This document shows positions 1 to 12,536 of a stretch of DNA of 64,000 nucleotides, one piece after another. The stretch lies in contig OX442314.1 of assembly GCA_949358305.1 (NCBI GenBank), positions 6,076,001 through 6,140,000 on the forward strand. Direction: 5' to 3'. Made by a program: the position numbers and the translations under genes. The notes under the pieces were generated by a model. That model worked only from the letters and a program-made list of their open reading frames with translations. It had not been told where the DNA came from and ran no database searches. How positions within the stretch are numbered: the first letter of the stretch is position 1; every line of letters starts with the position of its first letter. The stretch comes from Strigamia acuminata (Eukaryota).

Positions 1-2122
1 AAACTTGACTAAATTACGTAGAACAAAATCGAATTTGTGCTATTGAAAAATCCTGAACTTAGGCAATCTAATTGAGTTAAACAACTAAATTCAGAATTGG
101 AAGTCACAGCATCTCCCAAGATATATCAAGCCTGACAAAAGCATTTATATCCATTAATAGGATAGAAATAAGTGAAAGTGTAAACACTTCCAATTATTTA
201 AGGGGGATTTGTGACAAATTAATAGGGCTATAAATGCCTGATTTTCCACCAGAAGGCGCTGTTGCGCCATTTTGACGGTAATTCTACTGTATTTGTTGTA
301 GAACCAATGTAATTCCTAAATAAAGTTATTTATGGTGTTTTAATTACAAATATGTTCGTTTGATAAGAATAAACAATTCAATCTTCATGATATCGAAATA
401 TCACGGCCGAAATTACAGAGAATCGTCTGCTAAAACCGCATTTGTCAATGCGCAATGTCGCCACTAGATGGCGCTATCGCAAATCAGCGGTAAATTCGAA
501 ATACGGAATTAAATGAATAACAAGATATATATATTAAATAAGTAGTTAATATATTCACGTAGATTATTTAATTGGACAATAATATAAAGATATATTATTG
601 CATTGAATGTTTGGAAGAAGAATTGGTCACATTCTTGGAAATGTGACCTTGCGGATTAAAGGATTAATGTGTGACTTGGGAATGTGTCCTGGGTATCCAC
701 TTCCGGTCCCCGGTATCCATTTCCTGTTTCATGTCAAGGATTAGCATAATCCAAGTTTGCATCTCCGTATCCACTTCCTGCGATACGAGATTGGTGGAAC
801 TTAATCCCACCGAGTATAAAACTCCCTGACAACAGGAAGTTAAGTCAGTTCTTGATTTCTGGTTATTTGGTATGTTCCGCATGTCAAATAACTGTTTCTT
901 ACTCAGGGCATGGGCCTACCGGTCCATGCATAGCATGGCTCTGCTGAGCCATGCAACCCCCGTCAACTGAAGGCGAAGTTCGGACTGTTCATGTTTCCGT
1001 CAAACGGTCTTGCCGAGGAGAAAGCCTCCCGCATAAGTATCCTCGTGGTCGGACAATAGAATCACGTGTGATACCAAAGTATTTAGTAACCGTCAGTAGC
1101 ACTGTTACTGCAAGAGATTGACTCCATCACCTGATGGTGCCAAAGCAGTCTGCATGCAAAACATGCAGTTACCGCCAGTAGCACTATGTGTTTGGGAAAG
1201 TTATATCTCTTCGGTGATGGTGCCAAAGCAGTCTACTTATGAGTAGTATCTCGGGTGATTAATTCTGTTGTGCAGAACTGCGGGCTATATCCCCCTGAAT
1301 ACCAGTGCCGTCTCTCACCGCACTGTTATTTAGGGCACGCGCGATACTGTTCTGCTCAGCAAGGCGAACTTTGACGGCAATTGTGTGTTGCGACGTTTAA
1401 CCTTTATTATATTTTGACAGTCGATAATAGATATTAATTGTTTGAACTTGACAACAAGTAAACAACCGAAGTAAGTCACGAGACTTATTTCACTGTATGA
1501 CGAATCAAATTCGTAACAATAAATTGAATACAATTTATTGAGTTAATTTATTAAACTCACAACATCGCGAATTAAATATAATTCGCAAGCGGAACCTTGG
1601 CGAATAAATAACTTCATTTATTCATTGCCAATTTCCAACCCTAGTTGTGGCGGTGCAGTTAAAAGTCAACCGCACCTCTCGGATCGAACCACGAAGCATT
1701 ACACGGACCATTACACCAGATACGAACCAGGAACGCGATGGAACGCGAAGGAACCAGTTCCACGATTACGACGCGCCGACGGAAGCCGCGAGGACACAGC
1801 CAGCCCGGCTACGTATAGACGACATCTTTAACTCGGTCGAGCGGGCGTTTTGCCGTTCCCGAACCCCGGATCACCAATAACCGTAATCATATTATTTTAG
1901 GGCCATTCGGCCATTTTATTTGTATAGTTTAATTTACTATTAACTTGCCTAATGTCGGCATTAGTCATTTGTATAACTTAGATTTGTTTATATTGTTTGA
2001 TAACAATAAATGTCTTGTTTTGATAACTCTGTTGTATTTATTTTATCTCGTATTATTCACTATTTCACGCGACTTATACCCGGTACTATCATGCGATAGG
2101 AGTTGTGGTCGTCACCGTCACA
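1..2122 (+). mobile_element. 3' end (PPT + 1913-bp 3' LTR at 210-2122) of an LTR element related to the pol-less element at 43405-55807; rest lies left of the window
   Basis: PPT AAGGGGGA at ~200-207, then TGTGAC(210)...GTCACA(2122); LTR and 1-209 are homologous to the reverse complement of 43405-45500; length matches the 1911-bp LTRs there. Predicted TSD AGTA (2123-2126). Confidence 0.88.
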
Positions 2123-4057
2123 AGTAATCCATCACAAATGTCAAATTTCTCCCAAAGCACTTTTAAACATGTCAGGTTGGTTATCAAAATGGTCATCTCC
2201 AGTTTAATTTAGTTGAAACAAATCCAATTGTGCTGGTTGATTTATTGAAGTGCTACATGCTGAGGATGTTTTGCTTTGGCTATTCAAGCAGAATTTGGCA
2301 CAACAAGAATTGTTGATTAACCAATTTGAGGTGAAAAGATGTGTCGTAAAGTCAAATCAAAATAAACCAGATGCAAACTCTAATTTTTTTTTAAATTAAT
2401 TTTTAATTTCTTTCTGTTGGTAATTCTAGTTAAAAAAAACTTTTCTGGGGCAGACAGTCCGTATAAAATGAGAATAGTGTCAAAAGAGCAACCCAGAACC
2501 TGTTCGTCACAATCGGGAGCCCACGCGATCATTTCAGCCAATCACAGTGCCCGGTGCCCAAAACTGCCTTAAAATACATCGGAAAAAAGACCAATTTAAT
2601 TATAAACTTCAAATATAAAAATTGTAAAATATTATTTAAAAAAAACGAGGCAATATTTCATTACCATTTAAACAAATATTTATTGATTTCTAATTACAGA
2701 AATGACATAATCCAACTGCAGAAACACAAATGGCCGCCAAACTAAAAACAAACACATCATCTTAGCGGATGAAACATCGCTCACAACTAGCTAGGATGAC
2801 TTTAGATCGTCTTAATACTGGAGCCAATCGATTACTTGGTATAAAAGTAAACTATTCGATTTTTTTTACCTCATCGAATTCAACAGACGAGAAGCGGAAA
2901 GCAGTCGTTCACAAGCGACGCGATTCGGCAAACGGGACAGAATCACGACGAGGAGACATCTGACCTTCGAACCAACAACGGTAAGCAATTTCTTGGCACA
3001 GAATGAACTTATTGATGTTTATAAATGAATTAAATGATTAATGATTAAATGAATTAATTTTTATTTTGCCGTATGAAAGTACAGTGCACTTTTTAATTTT
3101 ATTCTAACAACAAACCGTTGCTCAATAATTACAATGGATCAAACACCAATTTCAGTTTTTGTGCATTCAAAACAATGTAAGACGTCTGTTACAAAACACG
3201 TGGCTTTAATCCACATATAAATACGATTTATAAACTACTTAGGGAGCTGGATGGGGTGCGCACAAAAAATCGCACTGGGCGCCAATAGACATGGAACCAG
3301 CCCTGAATTTTACAATAATGATTCTTGCTCGTGCATGTTAAACTAACAATGCGTGTTGATTAAAAATTGTGACAAGAATTAAGGTAGAGATAACGTCGAG
3401 AAAAAAATTCGAAAGCAAAAATAGATGAAAATAAATGTGGATTAATGGGCCTGGATATAAATTTATAAGTTTTTTTTTTTAATTTTCTATTATGTGAGTA
3501 CATTATAAATTGTCTTATTGGTGTGAAATATGATAGATACACCAGTAGGTTACAACACTAAAATATTTTAGAAACTGCACTAGGAAAGTGAGTTGCCACA
3601 TGTGAAAAGTGTGTTTCGATTAGTACTTACCGGTAACCTGCTTTTATTGTCTATATTTTCTGCTGTGTACATTCTAATTTAGTCATAACAACAATTTTTG
3701 CTCAATAATTTGAAATGAGTTACATCGATAGGTAAAAGTACAAACTTACACAAGTTACCCAACTAAATATCAAATTGAGAACACAAATGGTTTGATTTTT
3801 GTGCAATCAAACAAATATATGACATGTGTTTTAATTCATTTATAAATACGATGTATAAAGTTCGTATGGAGTTAGAAGGGCACACAAAATCGCACTGGGT
3901 GACAGACTGGAGACAGACAGACTCTGACTTTGAGAATAATCATTTTTGCTGGTGCATGATGAACTAACAATTCGTGATGATAGATTTAGTTTTTGATCTT
4001 ATTTTAATTCTTATATGTGCTTAGCTAATATTAGTAATATTTTATTTACACTTATTA

Positions 4058-7000
4058 TTAGAGTGTAAAACAACAGATCCTATCTTGATTCCGATACCAA
4101 TTGTAAGTTTTTAAAATCCAATCGTACAAAGAGAGAAGTGACATTCCCAAACCCAGTCCTACAATGCTACCGAAATCGCTTAAGAATTGAGATATTGGAT
4201 ATGCTTGTTTCTCTTCTACAATCTCTACAGAGCTATCAGCAAATTGGAACGTTAGTTCTGAGACGTAATCTTGTGGCAATTTAATCTCCCGAAAAAGAAT
4301 TTTGTAAAAAATATGTTTGCAAGGTTGTTTACATTTGCATTGTTTTTGATTCGAGCCATGGTTGCTTAAATACGTGAAATGAGCGGTAGTTACGGCACTT
4401 GTAGTGTTACAAACTGGCAAATTAGGTTTTCCCATGTATGGTAATCTGAAACAAAAAGGAGATTGGTCAAAGATTCCAATGGTTGCAGTTTGTCTGCTGA
4501 AACGGGTTAGGTGTCTTTTGAACAGATTCAATCTGGTGATGCAGCAAATGAATCTGCTTGCAAGTTTGTGTGTGGTTAATGCTAGTGCAAAGACCCATTG
4601 CCAACCGATAACTGACCGCGGATTAGTTGATCAGTCGATGTTTAGAACAGCGAAAATGAAAATAGATGTGATAAAATGGGAGCTGATGTATGAAAAGAAA
4701 TGTGAACTATACCTGCACTTAACATCTCGAAATACATTGTTCTGCCAGCAAGCACTTTTACACTTGAGATAAGCACTTTTGTTCTCTTCACATGGATCGC
4801 GCTTTGTATTTCTTCGTAGGATCTATTTCGTAAAAGGAATCTTAGTATCAGCATTTATTTTATTTATTTCATTTTCTACCTGAATGTCTCGAAGTACTAC
4901 GTCGTTGAACCACCCATAGTTTATGGTCAATGGTGCCAAAATGTTAACTTCCTCTTCCCGATTATTTATGATTAGCTGCGTGTTATTATAATCGAAAATA
5001 TTTATATTAATAATTAAAACTGTAAGTTATGTACACAAAAACTATTTTTTCTATTTTTCTATTCACAATTAGCAATGTGTGTCCGGACCAAACACGAACC
5101 ATTTTTATAACTTTTTTCAGCTTTGGATTATCCTGAGAATTTTTTTGGGTCTTTGTGCTCGAATAAATAGACTTTCTCGTTATCTTATTTAAGAATGCTG
5201 CTTAAAAAGACACCGAGACTGTCAATTTAACACATTTCAGTTTGGTTGCAAAATTACAGGTGATTTTGAGTAAAAATGTTTTTTGACACACCTTTAGCTG
5301 CGGATCACAAGCTTCTATAGGAGGTTGATTTGTAATTAAAGCAATGAAAAGCTTAGTGGTTTTTGTGCTTGTTTTATCTGTAAGACAGCGGAAAGGTCAG
5401 AATTAATTTTCAAATTGGTCTGCAGGAAAGCAATTTTTACGATTAGACAATTCCGGAAAAAAAAGGAACATTGAAAAATCGCAGAATTCAAAATTAGACT
5501 TTGAATACAACCATTAATTAACTAAAATCAGAAATTAATTTTATAATTACCATTTCTTATTTGTGAACAATTACCAAATGGAAGTGAAATAAGACTAGTT
5601 GATGGTTTCTGTAAACATAAAACTTTTATTGTTTGGTTTTTGTTTCAGGAATATAACTTATTATATTACATCATTCTCATTATGGGTTAAAGTAACAAAC
5701 GTCTGGTCGATATTAAGCGATTCCCAGATGTTTTGCAATGACAATCTGCTGTTGAACAATTGCCAGGGTGATATGTTGCCACAAGTTTTATTGGGTTGTT
5801 TAAGTAAGTGTAATCGGGCTTTGTTCATTTCTTCATCCCATTTTTCACCACAAACTGTGACAGAAGGATATTCGGTGTAGCGTCGTTGACTTAATCGAAC
5901 GATTGTTGTGCTCGGTTCATCAAGGTAGTAATTGACACGAATGTGCAGGCAATACAAAGTAAATCCTGCAACAACTAATGCGAATATTAGCTTCAACTTT
6001 TCTATGGCTGCATGTATTTCGGCTTGCTCCTCAGTTTCATCGACTTTTCTTTTGCACATTTCGTACAGACGCTTAATCTTATTGACAGATCTTTTTTGAT
6101 GAATGTTTGATGCAACATAATATAAATACCAAATCATGTCAGGTAATGAGATTACGGATAGTCCAAGAAACAGGCCCAGATTGCCTCCCAAATCTGATAG
6201 TAAGGCAATAACGTCATAAGTGTAGCGTTCTTCATAAACAGTGACTTTCTCATTAGTTATTGCTAATGATAAACTTATCGTTTTATCATTATTAGCTATG
6301 CCTAAATCAGTATATGGTGTAAAAGTTAAATGTTGACAAGGACGTCGACATTGGCAATCGGCAATTGGTTCTTTAAATATAACCACGAACCTAAAATCAT
6401 TATATATATTTTTTGCATCTATTCCTAATTTGCAAAGTGGCAAATCTAACTTCATGAACGGCAATCTTGTATAGAATATATTTAATTAGCTGTTTAATTG
6501 TGATATCAAACAAGAAGCATTTTCTCCACATGTTCTTACCTGCATTTTAGCTTTTTAAATTCGTTATGTAAGCAATTCTGATAGCATTCTCTGTATTCGT
6601 CTTCGTTAGAGCATGAACTGATCGGTGAATTTTGCAATATAAACTATAATTGAAAACATTAAAAGGTGTTGCCCAGTAATATCAAGTCATTAGGTAGATC
6701 TTTACTTTGTTATAACTAAAATTTATTGTATATGTTGAACCAGGATACATGATTAATAAATAAATTTGATATCCAACATTATTGAATGTCAGGTAAACCT
6801 AAGCGCAAAGAGGAAATAATTAATGTAGCAAACGCTATTGTAATTCAATTAAGTTACCTTATAAAAAGGCTCATTGCATATTGAGTCGTAATTTTTGTTT
6901 AAATTCACTGTCAGTAACTTTCCGACAAATGATTTGCTAGAAGCTTCAGCTATGTCAATGAATAATATTAGTGTAACATTAACGGTAGTGATAATGCTTT

Positions 7001-7676
7001 GTAGTTACCAAATCGAAATGTTGAGCATATTCCTAATACACTGTCAGTTTCCGTCTGGACAACAGTATTATTTGAATATCCCTATGCAAAAATAGTTTAA
7101 ATTGTGATTTTTAATTGAATTTCTCTATTGTTTTTTTTTAATTTTAATTTTTACTTTCATTTTTACACTGTTGATGTCATCAGTATTGTTAGTTGCTTTC
7201 CAAAGTGTATCCATATCGTAAGTTGGGTTTTTAATTGTCATTAGTTTTTCAAGCATAATGGCGCATGGAATGGATTCTGATGTTTGTTTATTTGCTATAC
7301 GAATTTCTTCCCAAAGCCTATTCATTTTCTTTGTATTTGTACTTTCGATCACTAAGTCTGGTAAAGTAAAATTTTCTGATCTACTCGTTACGTCGACAGC
7401 TGTAGGATAACTGAAGTAATGCATTATTCTGTCGTATGTCTGATATGTGAGCATGCACATGCAAAATGTGAATAAAAACAGCCAAAGGATGTGATGTTTG
7501 CTCCTCCACCGTTTCCTACTGTTTACGAAATCTTCCAACCCTATTATATCGCAGTTGGGGTTGTTGGCATCATCCTTCATTATTCGGTGAATTGTCAGAC
7601 GGAGTTGTCTTCTCCCTCTTCTGTATCTCCACATCAAATTATTATTTTCCATTATTTTGGTACCTTCCAAGCTCAT
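4058..7676 (-). CDS. Double-repeat DEG/ENaC (pickpocket/ASIC-family) channel, copy 1; 11 exons, ~805 aa
   Basis: Manual GT-AG model: 7676-7155, 7081-7009, 6949-6858, 6798-6706, 6643-6540, 6465-5670, 5608-5551, 5377-5292, 4975-4880, 4822-4713, 4445-4058 = 2418 nt, open throughout. Motifs: TM1 + YFSYPTAVDV, GICSTF, CRLPFM, CQCRRPC, TM2 LLSDLGGNLGLFLGLS; then second TM1 + YPSVTVC, CRLPYM, CKCKQPC, TM2 FLSDFGSIVGLGLGMS. Confidence 0.9.
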
Positions 7677-7905
7677 AGAGTTACTGAATGAGTTTGATCA
7701 AAGTATTTGTTTGCTCCAGCAAACATGCAGAGGGACAGCCAAACTGAAAAACAAAACAACATCAGTATTTTTTTAACATTGGTTGTTGCATACTCCAGTA
7801 AAATCCATTTATTGACTTTTATGCTGTGACCACTTGGCCACCCTCGGTGACCTGCGTCACTCCACACACCGCCTAGTGGCCTCAAGGCCATCCCCCTTGC
7901 GGAGC

Positions 7906-8133
7906 GGTTATGAGCTACAGGACGTTCAACTGCGTGAGTTTCTAGTCTTTCACAAGACATTTCCGTGCATTTTTAGACATTTTGACTACTGATTCGTACC
8001 ACGTGGCACCAGGCCTATTTAAAAATCTCGTGGCAGTAAAAGTTAGTAATTTGAACAATTGAATAATGGCGGATTGAGATTCAATGCGAATTGAAAAGTT
8101 GGAAGACGAAAATTATGCCACTTGGGTATTTAA
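7906..8133 (+). mobile_element. Ty1/copia 5' internal remnant (PBS-like start and gag N-terminus), no LTR visible
   Basis: Starts GGTTATGAGC (copia-type GGTTATGGGCCC start); ATG at 8066 reads MAD*DSMRIEKLEDENYATWVF, resembling the copia gag IEKLxxxNYxxW motif; cut off at TTAA|CCCTT. Confidence 0.6.
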
Positions 8134-8787
8134 CCCTTCCAACCCTAAGATGGGTCTTTTTGTTACATCACTTTAAAAAAAATCATTATTTTTATATGAA
8201 AGAAATTTTTTTTTTATCTGATTTTTGCTGACTTTTCCTTTAAAACATCACTATTTTCACTATATTTCATTTGTTATTCGATGTTCCAAGAGTGAATAAT
8301 TAACCAAATTTACTGTATATTTTTTAATTTCAAAGAATCTCAACTTAATGAAGTTGCAGTTTGTTGTTTGAGTTTAATTTAAATGCAAAACATTTAATGT
8401 GGTATTCTAAGTTACTTTCCAATAATGAATAATTCTCCAGATCTGTAGCTACTGTATAATTTAGAATTTCAAAGAAAATCTAATCTACAAAATTGCAGGT
8501 TCTTGAACAAGTTTAATCTAATGACTGTTAAATGTAAACATTGGCGAGTTTGGCGTGCTGACACGACAGTATCGTGCACACCAAATCATTGACTTTTAGA
8601 TGAAACAGCCTTGTCAACAAAATCGGTGATTGATGATTAGAGTAGAATTCAAAATTCGAAAGTACAATTGTGACATAAATCGTCAAAATCATACACGGGT
8701 TTAAATCCGCTCATATCCACTCATCAACATAATCCAATAAGAACCACCACTTTCCCTTTTTGTCTTTTCATGTCGATTCATATCGTT

Positions 8788-9965
8788 TGTTACGATCTCA
8801 AATGTTCACTTCATTTGTGGAGAAGTTTTTCTACCACGTTTTTAAAATATTATTTATATTTTAACCATAATCATTAGAATTGTGTTTTTTGCCGTGCACC
8901 TGTTGCGCTTTTGGGCAATTGGCCCAGAAGCTGTAACGGCTGCCCTGGCATTTTGAGCCCTGGATTGGGGCGTTGCTAAGTCAATCCCCAAATTTTGCAC
9001 CGTTGCTAGGGCTGAAGCGTGCCTTGGCACACGCCACGCCTGCGCACTGGCCGTTTTCCGGCCATATTCCGAGCAATAATTCGAATTATTACTCACTCTT
9101 TGCATCACACTCATACCGTTCACACCGACACAGCTTTGTTCAACCCAAAAACACTGTTTTGTCCGTGACTCGTGAGTTTTGCCAAGTTTCAACCCGATTT
9201 GTTTGGACCAACGTTCAAACGAATCACTTTCCGAGCCGCGAAGACGACGCACGACGGCTCAAACCACCGTCGTTCCCGCCGCCGCCCGAAGACCAACGCG
9301 CCCACGCCGTTGAAGATCGACGCCAGCCAGCCGCCGAGGATTGCAGAGCCATCGTCGCCGCTCCTCGACCTGTTGACGACGATTCCGATTCAGATTGTAG
9401 CGGATCTCCAGTCAGGTTTTAACGATCGGCGGTACCCGCCGTTTGACTACTTGTCTCCAACGGAAATCTCCCGTTGCAATCTAGGGTTTAACCCAAGATT
9501 TCCCGTCTTGTCAGGCTTACCAGCCGACACTTTTTGTGAAGTCTTTCGGCTTCACGCTTCCTTTCTCACTTCGCAGAATTTGCGCGGCGACGTGTCGCCA
9601 TTTCTGCACTGCTTTTTCCCGCCCGAAGGAGTCCCGCGCTGCTTCGAGCACGTCGCCTTCTACGCCGACGATCTTATCCTCATAGAACCCATTTTATTAA
9701 CATTCACTTCAATTGAACCTGTAATTAACGCTCAATAAATTGATTAACTGTTTGATTTAAAATAACTAAACTAGCCTTTATTCGAGATCAAATCCCTAGA
9801 CACCGACTTAACGGCTAACCCACCCGATAGAAGACCTATAAACGGCATTCAACTGCTTCCACAGGTGAACGCCGGGATCTCTTGCAATTGGAAAAATCCC
9901 ATAGTGACTAAATATAAATTTAGTGTTGTTGTGAAAAGTCAATTGGAACCATCAGGAACGCAACA
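8788..9965 (+). mobile_element. Solo LTR (1178 bp)
   Basis: TGTTACG...CGCAACA termini, 4-bp TSD CGTT (8784-8787, 9966-9969), AATAAA near 9735; absent from the homologous repeat copy at ~27480. Strand inferred from the polyA signal only. Confidence 0.8.
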
Positions 9966-11565
9966 CGTTTCAATGTCTTTTCATGTCATTTTTATGTCTT
10001 TTATGTCTGTTCATGTCATTTTTATGTCTTTTATGTCTGTTCATGTCATTTTACGTCTATTTATGTCTTTTCATGTTATTTTTATGTCTTTTATGTCTGT
10101 TCATGTAATTTTACGTATTTTTATGGCTTTTCATGTCATTTTTACGTCTTTTTATGTCTTTTATATCATTTTATGTCTTTTATATCTTTTTCATATCTTT
10201 TCATGTCATCTTTATGACTCTTCATGTTCTATTTATGTCCTTTTTGTTTTTTATGTCTCTGGGAAGCAGGCCGAGCTATCATCCTTACCCGAAAACAACA
10301 AGACGATGCTGTACCTTCAATTTTTTAAAAATGCAATTTTATAAACATTGTGGAAAAATTGGAATACAATACCATTTCAGCTGGAATGCTGTGCCATTAT
10401 TTTTCCATGCAAATATGAACACGATTATAGTATTCACTTGGCTGCGATGTGTTGCTTCAAATTGACGCCTGGTCCATGCAGAGGCCGGGGTCCGTTTAAA
10501 CGGCGGGGGTCACGAGCAATAAAAGCAATAACTGTATAAACTGGCGTTTAAGAGAGTGTGGGGATGTATGAGATCGAGGGGGACAACAAAAGCCAACATT
10601 CAGCAGGAGTTTTGGGCGATATTGGATGACGCTGAATCGGAAGTGTCGAATTTTTGTCATAAATTATCAGAAGTAACCCTTTGTTCCTTTGATTTTGTAT
10701 TTGAAAACCTCAAAAAACACAATAAAATTGTTCTCGACCCAAACAGACATGAAATCGACCAGAAAATCGATAAATTAGTTAATACAACTACCGTCGTTTT
10801 TCAACATAAATACGATACTTGAGAAAATTCAAAATAAGCACTGTTGCGTCTCAGTGAAAAGCTAAACATGTACAGTGCAAATTATTCCTCAAGAAGATTA
10901 ACAAATTAAAAAAAGGTACTCACACACTATTGGCTGTTCAGTTGCAAAAATCCACTCATTTAGTAATTTCATATAAACACATTTCTGATTTCTTCTGTGA
11001 ATTTTGTCCGCATGGTCGTGGCACTACGGTATCGTGTAGAAATTGCGTCGGGTTGTTTTATGGCTGGCTTCTCTGCTTGGCACCCATTCAATCTGTTTGC
11101 GACATTGGTCGTAAGATCTCGGATTTTGGGCTCATGACTTGAGCTTGGAATAAGACTTCAGTCTATTAAATTCTAAACTTGTTTGCTACTACAGCTTGGC
11201 TCGGCTAACTAGCATCTGAAATGCTATTGCTTTCTTTGCAATAAAAGTTTAAACAAGTTAGTGAATTTTACGATGTTTTTTATTCGTACTTGAAAAGGAC
11301 ATTAATCATTCGTGAATTATTTTTCTGGTGTTTTAATAATCAATACTGTAGAGTTTTGCAAAAGAAACATTAATAATATTTTCAAAGAAATACGATTACA
11401 TCTTCCATGCAATTGACACAAATGCCAGGAGCGAGTGAGCAATATTTCTTCCGTGCATATTAAAGGAGTTATAACATGAAAAATACAACAGGACTTAAAA
11501 TTATGTATTTTTATACGTAGTTATCACATTTCCAGTCAAATTTTCCATCAAAAATTTGAAAACTG
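9966..11565. repeat. Unclassified dispersed repeat, copy A (pieces ~8700-8787, 9966-11565, 16135-16275), with TTTTATGTC low-complexity array
   Basis: Colinear with 27421-29345 once the two solo LTRs and the Harbinger are removed. Confidence 0.8.
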
Positions 11566-12536
11566 TGCTGCGATCCGGGTTTTATCACACTTAATTTCTA
11601 ATAAATCAAGTGGAAACCGCAGGTGAATGCTTAAAAAGTCTTATATTGCGGCCTTAAAATTATCTAGGGTTAATTTTGGAGAGAGAAATAAAAAGACAGT
11701 TTATTTTAATATAAAAATCACACAAAGCTTTTATTCGTTAAAATACAATAAGATATATTATTAAAATGCGAGAAATATCACAAATGCGACAAGTCGCGAG
11801 ATAAATGAGCGGGAAACAAAGGATAGGCTTGCAACGACTGTTGCAAGCTAAAAGCGTCAGAAATGGCGCTTTACAACACACAGTTGTCGGGAAAATATCC
11901 TTGTTCTTTTCCTCTCGACACTCACGTACGATGGTCCAAATTGACGATGGTTCACGTGAGTCTACTGCTCGGCGTGCGACGGCTCGTGGGCGGTGATTGA
12001 CGGCGGGCAGGCTTCCGATTCCTCGTTCGATGGCGGTGGCTGACGTTCGCGTGACAGCGACAGCGATGGTACACGGGATACGGGAACTTCTCGTTCCGAT
12101 TGCTGGAATTAGCTACGGCTAATTCAAGCAGAATTGCTGGCTTTGTACGTTGTTACAAAGCAAGCTGGTGAAACTTGGAATACACGGTCCACTATCAATA
12201 CTTTTTGTCAGGAGCAGAAAAGCAGTAGGCGCATTCGAAAAGTCATTTAAACGAGTGTAAATGTGTTTACACTCGTTTATCCACGACATTTACACGAATT
12301 AATTCGTGTAAATGTCGTTTACACTGGTTAAACGGAAACGGACCGCACGCCACGTGTAAATTTCTTTTACACGAACATTTGGCGTGTAAACCAACAATTT
12401 TGGCGGCCATCTTGGATTGTCGCTTCGAAACTAAGTACAACCATCTACAACCATCGTGAGTATTCTTATATATATATATATATATATATATATACCGGTA
12501 TAACAATAATCTGATAGATTTATATTGTTAAAGGAA

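Noticed and set aside
1069..1235. TGGTGCCAAAGCAGTC motif recurring in the giant LTRs
   Set aside because: Only 2-3 degenerate copies; consistent with ordinary LTR enhancer-type repeats.
6951..7008. Apparent 4-nt frameshift in ENaC copy 1 relative to copy 3
   Set aside because: Lies within a predicted short intron (GTAACT...CACTAAT...TAG), so the frame is unaffected.
8130..8160. TTAA|CCCTT piggyBac-like left end
   Set aside because: No matching right terminus located in the window.
9865..10465. Hydrophobic F/M/S-rich ORFs (also 27469-27852)
   Set aside because: Translations of the TTTTATGTC low-complexity array, which is stop-poor on this strand.
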